NCBI GenBank assembly: GCA_963664405.1
Contig: OY761158.1
Location: 6,432,001 to 6,496,000 of the forward strand
Direction of reading: 5' to 3'
DNA from: Thermoanaerobaculia bacterium
Lineage (GTDB): Bacteria > Acidobacteriota > Thermoanaerobaculia > Multivoradales > Multivoraceae
DNA length: 64,000 bases
Shown here one piece after another: positions 1 to 10,351 of the stretch. Both the position numbers and the translations under genes were made by a program. Numbering within the stretch: the first letter of the stretch is position 1; each line of letters begins with the position of its first letter. The notes below the pieces were generated by a model. The model made no database searches. It worked only from the letters and a program-made list of their open reading frames with translations, and was not told the DNA's origin.

Positions 1-1377
1 AAGATTGCGTGGCATCCGCCTCATATGCGTACCCGCTATGAGCACTGGGTAGAGGGTTTGAACCAGGATTGGTGTGTCAGCCGCCAGCGCTACTCAGGGG
101 TTCCATTTCCCATTTGGTATCCGCTCGACGACCAGGGCGCTCCGGATTACGAACACCCGCTGGTGGCGGCCGGGGAAAGTCTGCCTCTCGATCCTCTCTC
201 CGAGCCGCCGCCCGGTTATAGCGAGGCCCAGCGAGATCAGCCCGGAGGATTCAGTGGCGACCCGGACGTCATGGACACGTGGGCAACCTCTTCACTCACG
301 CCGCAGATCATCAGCGGATGGCCGGACGATCCCGAGCGTCACGCTAAGCTCTTTCCGATGGACCTTCGCCCTCAGTCTCACGAGATCATCCGTACCTGGG
401 CTTTCTACACCATCGTCAAGGCGTGGATGCACGAGGGTCAGATCCCTTGGCGCCATGTCACCATCAGTGGCTGGGTAGTGGACCCCGATCGGAAGAAGAT
501 GTCGAAGTCCAAGGGGAATGTGCTCACCCCGGGGAAGATCTTCGAAGAGTACTCGGCGGACGCCTACCGTTATTGGGCGGCGCGCAACCGCTTCGGCACC
601 GACACCGTCTTCGATACCCAGGTAGTAAAGGTCGGCAAGCGACTCTCGGTGAAGCTCTTCAATGCCAGTCGCTTTGTGCTGATGCAGCTCGATCGCGTCG
701 GTGCCGACTACGCCAGAGTGCCGGTAGAGGACATCGCGTCACCCCTGGACCTCTCTTTCGTCAGCGAGCTGCGCACACTGGTGGCGCGTGCGAGCGAGGC
801 CTTCGAGAGCTTCGACTACGCCATGCCGCTACAGAGCTCCGAAGAGCTGTTTTGGCAGTTTTGTGACGATTTCCTCGAGTTGGTGAAAGTGCGCTCCTAC
901 AGCGAGGAGGACACTCCCGAGCGGCGGTCGGCCACAGCGACGCTCCACCTGGGTCTGGAGACCTTTATTCGGCTCTTCGCTCCCTTTCTTCCGTATGTGA
1001 CGGAAGAGATCTGGTCTTGGCGCTTCGCGCGCGGCGAGGGGCCTTCGGCCTCTGTGCACAGAGCCTCCTGGCCTTCGGTGGAGGAGACCGTGAGCGTGGT
1101 CGAGCCGGAGCAGCGAGAGAGCTTCGCCGTTGCCAGCGATCTGCTACGCCAGATCCGTGGAGCGAAAACTCGCGAGAAACGCAGCCTTCGCTGGCCGGTT
1201 GCTGCACTGCAGGTCAGCGGGCCCGAGGAGGCCCGAGCCGCGCTCGATCCGGTGCTCGACGACGTCTTGCGAGCCGGTGTTGCGGAGGAAGCTACGATCG
1301 AGATCGTCGATGGACCCGCCCCGGTCGAGGGCCGCTTTGCGGTAGAGGCCTCGCTGGCGGAGGAGCCGTCGTCATGA
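1..1377 (+). CDS. valS: Valyl-tRNA synthetase, 3' part (5' end outside window)
   Basis: KMSKS motif (KKMSKSKGN), DWCVSRQR and DVMDTWATSS motifs, anticodon-binding domain. Confidence 0.95.
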   Translation, partial: KIAWHPPHMRTRYEHWVEGLNQDWCVSRQRYSGVPFPIWYPLDDQGAPDYEHPLVAAGESLPLDPLSEPPPGYSEAQRDQPGGFSGDPDVMDTWATSSLTPQIISGWPDDPERHAKLFPMDLRPQSHEIIRTWAFYTIVKAWMHEGQIPWRHVTISGWVVDPDRKKMSKSKGNVLTPGKIFEEYSADAYRYWAARNRFGTDTVFDTQVVKVGKRLSVKLFNASRFVLMQLDRVGADYARVPVEDIASPLDLSFVSELRTLVARASEAFESFDYAMPLQSSEELFWQFCDDFLELVKVRSYSEEDTPERRSATATLHLGLETFIRLFAPFLPYVTEEIWSWRFARGEGPSASVHRASWPSVEETVSVVEPEQRESFAVASDLLRQIRGAKTREKRSLRWPVAALQVSGPEEARAALDPVLDDVLRAGVAEEATIEIVDGPAPVEGRFAVEASLAEEPSS

Positions 1378-2159
1378 CTGAGGGCACCATCCTCTTCGAC
1401 CTCGAAGACCGCGACGCTGGCTCGGTGGCGACCGTGACGATCGCCAACCCGGAGCGCCTCAATATTCTCAGCTCTCCTATCCTGGCGGAGCTCGAGAGTT
1501 GTTTGAAGAGGGTCGCTGAGGTCGAGGATCTGCGCGCAGTGGTGCTCCAGGGCGGGGGAGAGCGAGCGTTCATCGGCGGTGCGGATATTCGTGAGTTGGC
1601 GGTTCTCGAGCCTGATTCGGCACGGACATTCATCACTGCGGTCCATCGCGTGTGCACGGGCCTGCGCGAGCTTCCGGTGCCAGTGATCGCCAAGATTTCA
1701 GGTTATTGCCTCGGTGCCGGGCTCGAGGTGGCCGCTTCGTGTGATCTTCGGGTTGCAGCCGAGCACTCTCAGTTCGGGATGCCGGAGGTGCAGCTCGGAG
1801 TCCCTTCGGTGGTAGAAGCGGCTCTCTTGCCGCGTCTCATCGGCTGGGGTCGTACACGCGAGCTCGTCTTTGCCGGCCGGTCGTTCATGGCCACGGAAGT
1901 GGCCGGTTGGGGGCTCATCGAGAGGGTTGTCCCACGACGCGAGCTCGATGCCGCTGTCGAAGAGTGGGTAGGCTCGATTCTGCGCGCGGGTCCGAGAGCG
2001 ATCCGACTGCAGAAGGAGCTGATTCGAAAGTGGGAAGAGCTACCTCTCGACAAAGCTATCGAGGCCGGTATAGAGGTCTTCGGGCGCGCTTACGAAAGCG
2101 ACGAGCCGAGAGAGAGGGCGCAGCAGTTTCTCGACCAGCGGAAACGGCTCGAGGACTAG
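1374..2159 (+). CDS. Enoyl-CoA hydratase/isomerase (crotonase) family protein
   Basis: AFIGGADI, GYCLGAGLEVAASCDLR and FGMPEV motifs; ATGA overlap with valS stop places the start at 1374. Confidence 0.9.
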   Translation: MTEGTILFDLEDRDAGSVATVTIANPERLNILSSPILAELESCLKRVAEVEDLRAVVLQGGGERAFIGGADIRELAVLEPDSARTFITAVHRVCTGLRELPVPVIAKISGYCLGAGLEVAASCDLRVAAEHSQFGMPEVQLGVPSVVEAALLPRLIGWGRTRELVFAGRSFMATEVAGWGLIERVVPRRELDAAVEEWVGSILRAGPRAIRLQKELIRKWEELPLDKAIEAGIEVFGRAYESDEPRERAQQFLDQRKRLED

Positions 2160-2195
2160 ACCAGCCGGTTCTGGCAGTCCGCCGAGATCTGGCTC

Positions 2196-3350
2196 TCAAG
2201 CTGGTGCGAGCTCTGTTTCCGCCAAGCGAGCCCAGTAGCGGGCCCCCAGGGTGAGGATGCCGTCGTTGAAGTCGTAGCGGGGGTGATGGACCATCGGGCC
2301 GGGGCCGGCGCCGAGCAGGACGTAGGCACCGGGGCACTCCTGAAGCATGAAGGCGAAGTCTTCAGACCCCATCGTGGGCTTGACGTCGAGATCGACCCTC
2401 TCTTCTCCGACCAGGCCCGAAGCCACCGCGCCGGCAATCTCGATTCCGTCCGCTGTATTGACGGTGGGTGGATAGCCGCGTGTGTATTCGAGCTCCGCCC
2501 TGGCGCCGTAGGCCTCGGCGGTTCCCTCGACCATCGTCTTCATCGTCGATTCGAGCAGGGTCTGCACTTTGGGTGTGAAGGAGCGGGTGCAACCGCGAAT
2601 CGTGACGACCTCGGGGATCACGTTCCATGTGTTCCCGGCGTTGATCTGAGTGACGGAAAGGACAGCTCTCGAGATCGGATCGACGCGCCGAGACACGACG
2701 CTTTGTAGGCCGGTCACGATTTGCGCCGCGACAACGATCGGGTCGATGCCGGCATGGGGGAAAGCGGCGTGAGTACCCCGTCCTTCTACTGTGATCTCGA
2801 ACTTGTCGAAGGCGGCCATGATCGCCCCCTCGCGCATGCTGAAGCTGCCCTCGCTGAAGCCGGGGAAGTTGTGTAGGCCGTAGACGCGGTCTACCGGAAA
2901 ACGCTCGAAGAGGCCATCTTCGATCATCACTTTGCCGCCGCCCTCGTTCTCCTCGGCGGGCTGGAAAATGAGGTGGACTGTGCCGTCGAATCGGCGGGTC
3001 TCCGCGAGGAAACGCGCAGCGCCGAGCAGCATGACAGTGTGTCCGTCATGGCCACAGGCGTGCATCTTTCCGTCGCTTTGGGAGCGGTATGGAAGGTCGT
3101 TCAGCTCATGAATCGGTAGAGCGTCCATATCCGCTCGCAGGCCGACGGCTCGCGCGGAGGTGCCGTGCCGAAGAGTGCCGACTACGCCGGTGCCGGCGAG
3201 CCCGCGAGTGACTTCGACGCCGAAGGATTCGAGGCGTTCGGCCACCAGGTTGCTGGTGCGTTCTTCTTCGAAGGCGAGCTCTGGATGGCGATGAAAGTCG
3301 TGTCGCCAGGCAACGAGCTCTTCGTAGATGTCGTCGAAAAAGTCGGTCAT
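2196..3350 (-). CDS. M20 family amidohydrolase (hippurate hydrolase-like)
   Basis: RHDFHRHPELAFEE, LRADMDALP, MHACGHDGH, FQPAEE, GSEDF; start MTDFF overlaps the upstream stop. Confidence 0.93.
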   Translation of the reverse strand: MTDFFDDIYEELVAWRHDFHRHPELAFEEERTSNLVAERLESFGVEVTRGLAGTGVVGTLRHGTSARAVGLRADMDALPIHELNDLPYRSQSDGKMHACGHDGHTVMLLGAARFLAETRRFDGTVHLIFQPAEENEGGGKVMIEDGLFERFPVDRVYGLHNFPGFSEGSFSMREGAIMAAFDKFEITVEGRGTHAAFPHAGIDPIVVAAQIVTGLQSVVSRRVDPISRAVLSVTQINAGNTWNVIPEVVTIRGCTRSFTPKVQTLLESTMKTMVEGTAEAYGARAELEYTRGYPPTVNTADGIEIAGAVASGLVGEERVDLDVKPTMGSEDFAFMLQECPGAYVLLGAGPGPMVHHPRYDFNDGILTLGARYWARLAETELAPA

Positions 3351-4162
3351 CGGTCTCGCCCCTCTAGGGAATTGAGTGACCAGTCGTAGTCGAAGTAACG
3401 CAGTCGAAGCCCCTCCGTTTCGACCAACGCGGCAGCGATCTCCTCTTCGGCGTAGAGGGCTATGAAGGCCGGAATGGTCTCTGCCCGGGGGCTCCAGCCG
3501 GCCATCGTGAAGTCCTCTGCGTACCAGTCGAAGTAGGCTGAGAGATTGAGGACGTCTTTCTCCATCCGCACGTTCTGGGGGTCGCGCAGAAAGACTCGGG
3601 TCCGCGCTTCTATCTGCTCTTCGAGCTTCTCTCCGTCGAAGGCCCAAGGTGGCAGAGCGGCGCAGGAAGTCGAAGCGCAGTTGACTACGAAGTGAACTCT
3701 CGGGTCTTTGAAGAAGGGTCGGAGCAGGTTGTGCTCGATACCGTCGAGAGTGAGGTCGTAGCCTCCGACTCTATGTGTAGCCTTATCCCAGACGCCGCTG
3801 ATCTGTCGGATCGAGGTGACTTCAGGGTGGTCGAGGATCGAGGCCACGGTCAGGGCATTGTAGGCGTTGAGGAGAAGGGCCTCGAGATGGGACGGTGCCA
3901 ACTGCTCGAGGTCGGCGTTTGCGATTGCGGCCAGATAGAGATCGAGAGTGGTGCGATGCTCTCCCAGGTAGGAGTAGTCGATCCTGCCGTCACGCACGGC
4001 TGCTCTCAACAAGTCATCCCAGAGATGGTTGTCGAAACCCTGAGTGCCGTCGCTGAGAGACGCGAGGACCCGCTCGGCGATGTCGCCCGCCGCGGGACGG
4101 CTCTCCGGAGCTCCGCAGCCCAGGAGAGCGGCGAGGGTCGCGGCAGCGAGGATTTGTCGCAT
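3347..4162 (-). CDS. DUF547 domain lipoprotein
   Basis: Lipobox LLGC; LNAYNA, LDGIEH, DPRVHFVVNCASTSC and YDWSLN motifs. Confidence 0.85.
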   Translation of the reverse strand: MRQILAAATLAALLGCGAPESRPAAGDIAERVLASLSDGTQGFDNHLWDDLLRAAVRDGRIDYSYLGEHRTTLDLYLAAIANADLEQLAPSHLEALLLNAYNALTVASILDHPEVTSIRQISGVWDKATHRVGGYDLTLDGIEHNLLRPFFKDPRVHFVVNCASTSCAALPPWAFDGEKLEEQIEARTRVFLRDPQNVRMEKDVLNLSAYFDWYAEDFTMAGWSPRAETIPAFIALYAEEEIAAALVETEGLRLRYFDYDWSLNSLEGRDR

Positions 4163-4186
4163 AGCGCTCGGCTGGCCTGGATAGGC

Positions 4187-4633
4187 CTAGCGATTTTCGC
4201 TCGAAGCCGTCTCCACTACCGGGCCTGCGTCGTCTTCGTGCTCTGTTTCGAGTTGCAGGGCTACCGAGTTCATGCAGTATCGTAGCCCGGTTGGCGCCGG
4301 ACCGTCGGGGAATACATGTCCGAGATGGGCGTCGCAAGCAGCGCAGAGAACTTCAGTGCGCGCCATGCCGAACTTGCGGTCCTCGTGGGTCACGACCGCG
4401 TCTTCGTCAACCGGCTTGAAGAAGCTGGGCCAGCCGCTTCCGGAGTCGAACTTGGTCTCGGACTCGAAGAGTCTCTCCCCGCAACAAGCGCACGCGTAAG
4501 TGCCTGGCTCCTTGCTGTCGTGGTAGCGCCCGCTGAAGGCCCGCTCGGTCCCTCCGAGAAAACAGACTTCGAACTGATCGTCGGGAAGAAGGTTCTTCCA
4601 TTCTTCGGCGCTTCGTTTTTTGTCTTTGGCCAT
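4187..4633 (-). CDS. msrB: Peptide methionine sulfoxide reductase MsrB
   Basis: [33 protein letters not shown]. Confidence 0.96.
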   Translation of the reverse strand: MAKDKKRSAEEWKNLLPDDQFEVCFLGGTERAFSGRYHDSKEPGTYACACCGERLFESETKFDSGSGWPSFFKPVDEDAVVTHEDRKFGMARTEVLCAACDAHLGHVFPDGPAPTGLRYCMNSVALQLETEHEDDAGPVVETASSENR

Positions 4634-4655
4634 ACCTGTCTCTGTCCCTTCTTAG

Positions 4656-5087
4656 TCAGTGGTCATCGTCTGTGACCTTGCCGCGGAGTTGCTTGGTCTG
4701 GCTGCGTCGTTCCTTGCCCTCGAGTCTCTTTCTCTTTTGTGAGCGAGGAACGCGCGTGGGGCGTCGAGGCTTGGGTATTTCGGCGGCTCGTTCGAGGAGA
4801 GCCTGTAGGCGTTGACGGGCGTCTTGGCGATTGCGCTCGCGGGTGCGGTGCCGGCGGGCCTCGATGCGTAGGATGCCGTCTGCGCCAAAGCGCCGGCCGG
4901 CTATTTGCTGGAGTCGCGCCGCGACCTCAGCCGGCAATTCCGCTGCTTCGACATCGAAGCGGAGCTGCACGGCGGTCGCGACTTTGTTGACATTCTGGCC
5001 GCCGGGACCCGAGGCCCGAACGAAGTCCTCCTGGATGTAGCGCTCGAGAGCTCCGAGATCGGGGGCCGCTGGATCCGTGTCAGGCAA
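4656..5087 (-). CDS. arfB: Alternative ribosome-rescue peptidyl-tRNA hydrolase ArfB
   Basis: GPGGQNVNKV motif and basic C-terminal tail (RRPTRVPRSQKRKRL). Confidence 0.93.
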   Translation of the reverse strand: MPDTDPAAPDLGALERYIQEDFVRASGPGGQNVNKVATAVQLRFDVEAAELPAEVAARLQQIAGRRFGADGILRIEARRHRTRERNRQDARQRLQALLERAAEIPKPRRPTRVPRSQKRKRLEGKERRSQTKQLRGKVTDDDH

Positions 5088-5110
5088 TGGTGACTTCCCG
5101 ACCCCCGGGC

Positions 5111-7636
5111 TCAGTGGTACTCGCCGGAGAGCGGCACGATGTCGTCAGGGTTGTCGCCATGAAAAAGAAGACGACCCTTGTTCAGGCTGGCATCGCGCAG
5201 AGTAAATGCGAGGACCTGTCCGAGGTCATCGACCGGCTCGATTTGAATCGAATCGAGGACCTCTGGAGGCAGATCCTCGAGATCGGCTTCGTTGGCGCGC
5301 GGGAGAAGGATATTTGTAATCCCGGCACGAACCGCACCGAGGATCTTCTCTTTGACCCCGCCGATCGGAAGTACCCGCCCACTCAGGGTTATCTCGCCGG
5401 TCATCGCGACGTCATGACGGGCCGGGCGCCCCGAGACAGCAGAGACCAGCGCCGTTGCGATCGTGACACCCGCTGAGGGTCCGTCCTTGGGGATAGCTCC
5501 AGCCGGCACGTGCACATGAAGATCCTGTTGGAAGCCGGACGGCTCGATGTGAAGCGCCTCGGCATGAGCGCGCGCGTAGCTCCACGCAGCTCGGGCCGAC
5601 TCTTTCATGATGTCACCGAGCTGTCCGGTGAGTATGAGCTCGCCCTTGCCTGGCATGGTGGAGACTTCGACAAACATGATGTCGCCACCAACCGGAGTGT
5701 AGAACATGCCGGTCGCGACACCGACCTGGTCTCGCGCGGCGGCGGTCTCGGGGTGAACACGGGGTCGGCCAAGGATCTCGGCTAGATCTTTCGATCCGAT
5801 GGCTACGAATCGCTCCTCTCCGGTTGCAATCTTGAGAGCGGCCTTCCTTGCTAGCCGCCCGATCTCACGCTCCAGCTGGCGGACGCCGGCTTCTCGGGTG
5901 TACCGAGAGATGAGCTCGCTGAGTGCAGAGTCATGGATCTCGATCTGGTCCGCCGTTAGCCCGTTCTCTTCCAGCTGGCGCGGGGCCAGATACTGACGGG
6001 CAATGGCCAGCTTCTCCTGCTCGGTGTAGCCAGAGAACTCGACCGTCTCCATGCGATCCAGTAGAGCAGCCGGAATGTCCTGGACGAAGTTGGCCGTGGC
6101 GATGAAGAGAACCTCACTCAGATCGAAAGGGACGCCCAGGTAGTGGTCGGTGAAGCTGTGGTTCTGAGCCGGATCGAGTACTTCGAGCAGAGCACTCGCG
6201 GGATTGCCCTGGTACGAGACGGCAAGTTTGTCGACTTCGTCGAGGAGGAAGACGGGGTTCTTGGTTCCGGCTTGCTTGAGGCCCTGGATGATGCGTCCGG
6301 GCATCGCCGCCACGTAGGTCCGCCGATGACCGCGAATGTCAGCCTCGTCACGGGCGCCGCCGAGCGAGATACGGTGATATTCACGTCCGGTTGCTCGCGC
6401 GATCGACTCTGCAATCGAAGTCTTGCCGACGCCTGGGGGGCCCACGAAAAGGAGGATAGGGCTCTTGCGCCGCGACTTCTCGGCGATGAGCCCGCTTTCT
6501 TCTTCGCTCTTGTCCGGCGCGGCTTCGTCGGTGTCCGCCGGCGCGACTTCGTCGGTCTCACCCGCCGCGACTTCGTCGATTTCCTCGGTAGCCTCTTTGG
6601 CTCGCTGGAGTTGACGGACCGCGAGGAACTCGAGGATCCTGTCTTTGGTGTCGGCAAGTCCGTAGTGATCCCGCTCGAGAACCGCAGCTGCGTGCTCGAG
6701 GTCGATCTGCTCTTCGGTGCGGGTGTTCCAAGGCAGCTCCGCGATGGTTTCGAGATAGGTCCGGATGACCTGCGACTCCATCGCCTCACGACCCATGCGA
6801 CTCAGGCGAGTGAGCTCGCGGTCGACTTCCTTTCTCACCGCGTGCGGAAGATCCAGGGCGTTCAGTTTGTCTTGGAGCTCCTGAGTGTCTTCAGTACCTT
6901 CAGCCTCACCGAGCTCTTGCTGCACCGCTTTGAGCTGCTCACGGAGAAAGATCTCTCGCTGTCGATCCCCGATCTCTTCCTGAACCCTCGACTTGATCTG
7001 ATCCTGGGCTTCGAGCACGATGATCTGTCGCTGCACGTGTGTGAGGACCAATCTGAGACGCTTCTCGATGTCCATCGTTTCGAGGATCTCTTGACGCTGC
7101 GAGGCGTCGAGCTCCAGGTAGCCGGCGACCAGATCGCTGAAGCGAGCCGGCTGCGAGACGCTCTTCAGAACCTGCTCGACCGCTTCCTTTGGAAGGCCCG
7201 AGCGTTCACCGAGCTCGGCGGCTCGCTGCCGAAGCTCTCGGTCGAGAGCGACGAAGGCGGGGTCGTCGACCGCGCTGGGTAAGAGCTCGTCTGCCTCGAC
7301 GACGGTCGCGACGATCATGCCGTCGCGCTCCTCGTAGCGAACTCCATTGGCGCGGCGCACGCCGGTAATGAGGAGCTGGGTACCGGCGAGGCCACGCTGG
7401 TGCTGGTCGATTCGAGAGATCGTTCCCGTCGTGTACAGATCGTCCGCACCTACGTCGTCGCGGTTCTCCTTTTGCGTGACAGTGAAGATCAGCTGCTCGG
7501 AGTCGTTGTGGGCCTGTTCGATGGCTCGAAGGCTCTTCGGGCGGCCGGCAAGGATGGGCAGGGTGACGCCTGGGAAGACGACGAGCTCGCGCAGCGGTAG
7601 GACCGGCAGATGCCGTGGCTCTTTCTTTTCACTCAT
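5111..7636 (-). CDS. lon: ATP-dependent Lon protease
   Basis: LON N-domain ([14 protein letters not shown]), Walker [16 protein letters not shown], catalytic PKDGPSAG and GGVKEK. Confidence 0.97.
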   Translation of the reverse strand: MSEKKEPRHLPVLPLRELVVFPGVTLPILAGRPKSLRAIEQAHNDSEQLIFTVTQKENRDDVGADDLYTTGTISRIDQHQRGLAGTQLLITGVRRANGVRYEERDGMIVATVVEADELLPSAVDDPAFVALDRELRQRAAELGERSGLPKEAVEQVLKSVSQPARFSDLVAGYLELDASQRQEILETMDIEKRLRLVLTHVQRQIIVLEAQDQIKSRVQEEIGDRQREIFLREQLKAVQQELGEAEGTEDTQELQDKLNALDLPHAVRKEVDRELTRLSRMGREAMESQVIRTYLETIAELPWNTRTEEQIDLEHAAAVLERDHYGLADTKDRILEFLAVRQLQRAKEATEEIDEVAAGETDEVAPADTDEAAPDKSEEESGLIAEKSRRKSPILLFVGPPGVGKTSIAESIARATGREYHRISLGGARDEADIRGHRRTYVAAMPGRIIQGLKQAGTKNPVFLLDEVDKLAVSYQGNPASALLEVLDPAQNHSFTDHYLGVPFDLSEVLFIATANFVQDIPAALLDRMETVEFSGYTEQEKLAIARQYLAPRQLEENGLTADQIEIHDSALSELISRYTREAGVRQLEREIGRLARKAALKIATGEERFVAIGSKDLAEILGRPRVHPETAAARDQVGVATGMFYTPVGGDIMFVEVSTMPGKGELILTGQLGDIMKESARAAWSYARAHAEALHIEPSGFQQDLHVHVPAGAIPKDGPSAGVTIATALVSAVSGRPARHDVAMTGEITLSGRVLPIGGVKEKILGAVRAGITNILLPRANEADLEDLPPEVLDSIQIEPVDDLGQVLAFTLRDASLNKGRLLFHGDNPDDIVPLSGEYH

Positions 7637-7762
7637 GTCGAGGGCTCACTTCCTGGTGTGGGTCGTGACTTCATAGCGCCGAGCGCGGGAGGTCCGCCGG
7701 GGCGCTGTGCTTGTAGTCCTGAGAACCGTGAAGGGAGTCGAACTATTCCCGGGAGATTCAAG

Positions 7763-7791
7763 ACCTTAGGACTTCTTACTAAGGTATTATA
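7763..7791 (-). promoter_or_regulatory. Putative lon -10 box (TATAAT) with adjacent 7-9-7 inverted repeat (operator candidate)
   Basis: TATAAT on the minus strand at 7786-7791, immediately followed by ACCTTAG-N9-CTAAGGT at 7763-7785. Confidence 0.45.
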
Positions 7792-7990
7792 TGGCAATAG
7801 TCCGCTCAAGCCTAGGGCTGGAGAAGCTCGTCGTCGGGAAGTTCCTGGCGTCTCGGCTCAGGGCTTCGTCGGCTCCTGTTTCGACCTGTGCGCGCGCTGT
7901 GTTCTCGGCGGCTGTCGTTTTCTGTGGCCTTGCTTTGGGCTCCTTGCGTGATGCTTTCATGTGTGTCATCTTGCCTCCAAGGAGCCTCAC

Positions 7991-9679
7991 ATTCCCCACC
8001 TCGAAGGCAATCTTCTCGGGCTCAAAGCCGCGCAGCGAAAGACTCTCGAGCGGACCTTCAGGCGCCGTGTGCCGGCCGACGAGGTCGTCACTCAGGAGCT
8101 GGCGCGCCACCTCTGCGAGATCTCCCGAGAGCTCGGGCGGCAGGTCGGCGTTTTGCTTTCTAGAGATGGGAGCGTTCGGCAAGTGGTGGTCGGTGACGCC
8201 GGCCAGCTCATGCTTCCGGATGTCGGCCGTCTGCGCGGTGGAGTCGGTCGCTTCCGCGGTCTGCGCCTCGTTCACACCCATCTTCGTGGCGAGCCGATCA
8301 CCGATGACGATCTCAATGACCTCGCCTTGCTGCGGCTCGATCTCGTAGCTGTCTTGCAGGCTGGCGCCGAGGGCCGGGTCGAAGGAGTCGAGGTCGCCCA
8401 TCTCGATCCGGGGGCGGTGGCCGCTGAACGCTCCCAGGACGGCGAGCTCTTCGTGCGAGTGGCCTCGAGTCAGGTGCCGGATCTCGACTTCGATTTCCAA
8501 GAGACGATGCGCGCGCTCGAGGCCGAGCTCGGAAGGGTCGCGTCCCAGGGCGTGGGCTCGGGCGGTGCCGAGCGAGCCCTGGTGCTAGGAGTGGCGCGCG
8601 AGGAAGAGACCTTTCTCGAGGCCCTTGACCTCGTCGCATCGACCGATGTCGAGGTTGCGGGTACGCTGCGGCACCGCCGCTCCCGCCTTCACCCTCGAAC
8701 CGTCGTGGGTCGCGGGAAGCTGGTCGAGATCGTTCTGGAAAGCATGCGCTGTGGCGCCTCGGTTGCGATTTTCGACATCGACCTGCGCCCGGCTCAGGCT
8801 AGAGGGTTCGAGGACGCCACCGGGCTCAAGGCGATCGATCGCACTCAGCTCATTCTCGATGTCTTTGCTCAGCGGGCCCGCAGTCGCGATGGCAAGCTGC
8901 AGGTCGAGCTCGCGCAGCTCAAATATGCGCTGCCGCGGTTGACGGAAAAGGATTCCGGTCTCTCTCGTCTCACCGGCGGCATCGGTGGCCGGGGGCCCGG
9001 TGAGACTGTCCTGGAAATCAGTCGCCGTCGCCTTCGCGACCGGGTTCGCAAGCTGGAGCGGCAGATCGATGGACTCTCGAAGCAGCGCGATGTGCGACGT
9101 CGCCGGCGGCGCAAGAGCGGTGTTCCCGTGCTCTCGCTGATCGGCTATACCAACGCCGGAAAGTCGAGTCTGCTCAATGCACTGACCGAGAGCAAGGTGG
9201 CGGCGGCCGACAAGCTCTTTGTGACTTTGGATCCAACCAGTCGGCGCCTCCGCTTCCCGCGTGAAGGCGAGGTGGTGATTACCGACACGGTCGGATTCAT
9301 CGCAGATCTACCTCCCGATCTGCTTAGCGCCTTTCGGGCGACTCTCGAAGAGCTCGCCGACGCGGACCTGCTGTTGCACGTGGCGGATGCCGCAGATCCT
9401 GGTTTGCCGCGCAAGATCGAAACGGTCGAGGCCCTGCTCGAGGAGTTGGATCTCGGTGAAATCCCGCGCCTCTTGGTGCTCAATAAGGCCGATCTCGTAG
9501 CCGAAGAGGAGATGGCCATGCTCGAGCGAGGGCTCGGCGGCGTGCCGACGAGCGCTCAGACTCGGCTGGGTATGGGTGAGCTCATTCGTAGCGCTGAGCA
9601 GCGGCTCGGAGGGCGTCGGCCCTTCGTTCGTACCCACGGCGAAGGCCTGGCTCTGGAAGTCGGCGCGCGCCACGAATAG
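7991..9679 (+). CDS. hflX: GTPase HflX, long form with N-terminal extension (start ATT 7991 or GTG 7961)
   Basis: [33 protein letters not shown]1 [17 protein letters not shown]. Confidence 0.95.
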   Translation: MPHLEGNLLGLKAAQRKTLERTFRRRVPADEVVTQELARHLCEISRELGRQVGVLLSRDGSVRQVVVGDAGQLMLPDVGRLRGGVGRFRGLRLVHTHLRGEPITDDDLNDLALLRLDLVAVLQAGAEGRVEGVEVAHLDPGAVAAERSQDGELFVRVASSQVPDLDFDFQETMRALEAELGRVASQGVGSGGAERALVLGVAREEETFLEALDLVASTDVEVAGTLRHRRSRLHPRTVVGRGKLVEIVLESMRCGASVAIFDIDLRPAQARGFEDATGLKAIDRTQLILDVFAQRARSRDGKLQVELAQLKYALPRLTEKDSGLSRLTGGIGGRGPGETVLEISRRRLRDRVRKLERQIDGLSKQRDVRRRRRRKSGVPVLSLIGYTNAGKSSLLNALTESKVAAADKLFVTLDPTSRRLRFPREGEVVITDTVGFIADLPPDLLSAFRATLEELADADLLLHVADAADPGLPRKIETVEALLEELDLGEIPRLLVLNKADLVAEEEMAMLERGLGGVPTSAQTRLGMGELIRSAEQRLGGRRPFVRTHGEGLALEVGARHE

Positions 9680-9680
9680 A

Positions 9681-10166
9681 ATGGAAGCGATGACGCGCTC
9701 GCTGCAGGCCGGTATCTTCTGTTTGTTGGTCGCAGTTGTCGGCTCGAGTGCGGCCGAGGATTCGAGCGCTGGTTTCGCCCCGGAGACCTGGGAACAGGGT
9801 GCGGAGGGACTCTTCGGCGCGATCCGTACTCTCGAAGAGGGGGATCACACGGTTCCGATGGTGGTGTATTTCTACACCGATTGGTGTGGCTACTGCCGGC
9901 AATTCGAGCGCGAGCTCCTCGGCAAAGAGAAGGTGAGGGGTTACTTCGAGGATCTTCTCGCGGTGCGGATCAACCCGGAGAAGGGTGACCAGGAGCGCCA
10001 GGTCGCCGAGTATTACGGCGTCAACGGCTATCCGGCATTTTTCGTTCACAGCAGTCGTTCCCGAACTCTCTCCAGGGTAGAACGAATGGTGGTCGAGAAT
10101 GGGCAGCCACGCCTGAAGTCCGAAGACGAGTTCCTGCGCGCTGTGGCCGAGGCGGCCGCTCGCTAG
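9681..10166 (+). CDS. Exported thioredoxin-family protein
   Basis: Signal peptide, WCGYC active site, cis-Pro motif GYP. Confidence 0.85.
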   Translation: MEAMTRSLQAGIFCLLVAVVGSSAAEDSSAGFAPETWEQGAEGLFGAIRTLEEGDHTVPMVVYFYTDWCGYCRQFERELLGKEKVRGYFEDLLAVRINPEKGDQERQVAEYYGVNGYPAFFVHSSRSRTLSRVERMVVENGQPRLKSEDEFLRAVAEAAAR

Positions 10167-10351
10167 TGTCCTGTACCAGTAGTTCGTCACATAACTCGCT
10201 GGCCCTTTTGCGTCCTGCCGTCGTTGCACCTCCTCGAAATATACCCAATATGACTTCGTCGGCGCGCCTTGGCAGCCCACAAAATGACTGCGCGATTTAT
10301 GCAACGAACCACTGATACAGGACACTAACGTCGCGATGCATTAGCGGGGCG

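Noticed and set aside
2156-2165. CTAGACCAGC at the enoyl-CoA hydratase stop matches the first 10 nt of the CTAG element
   Set aside because: Match ends after 10 nt, with no second terminus or interior; chance or an unprovable remnant
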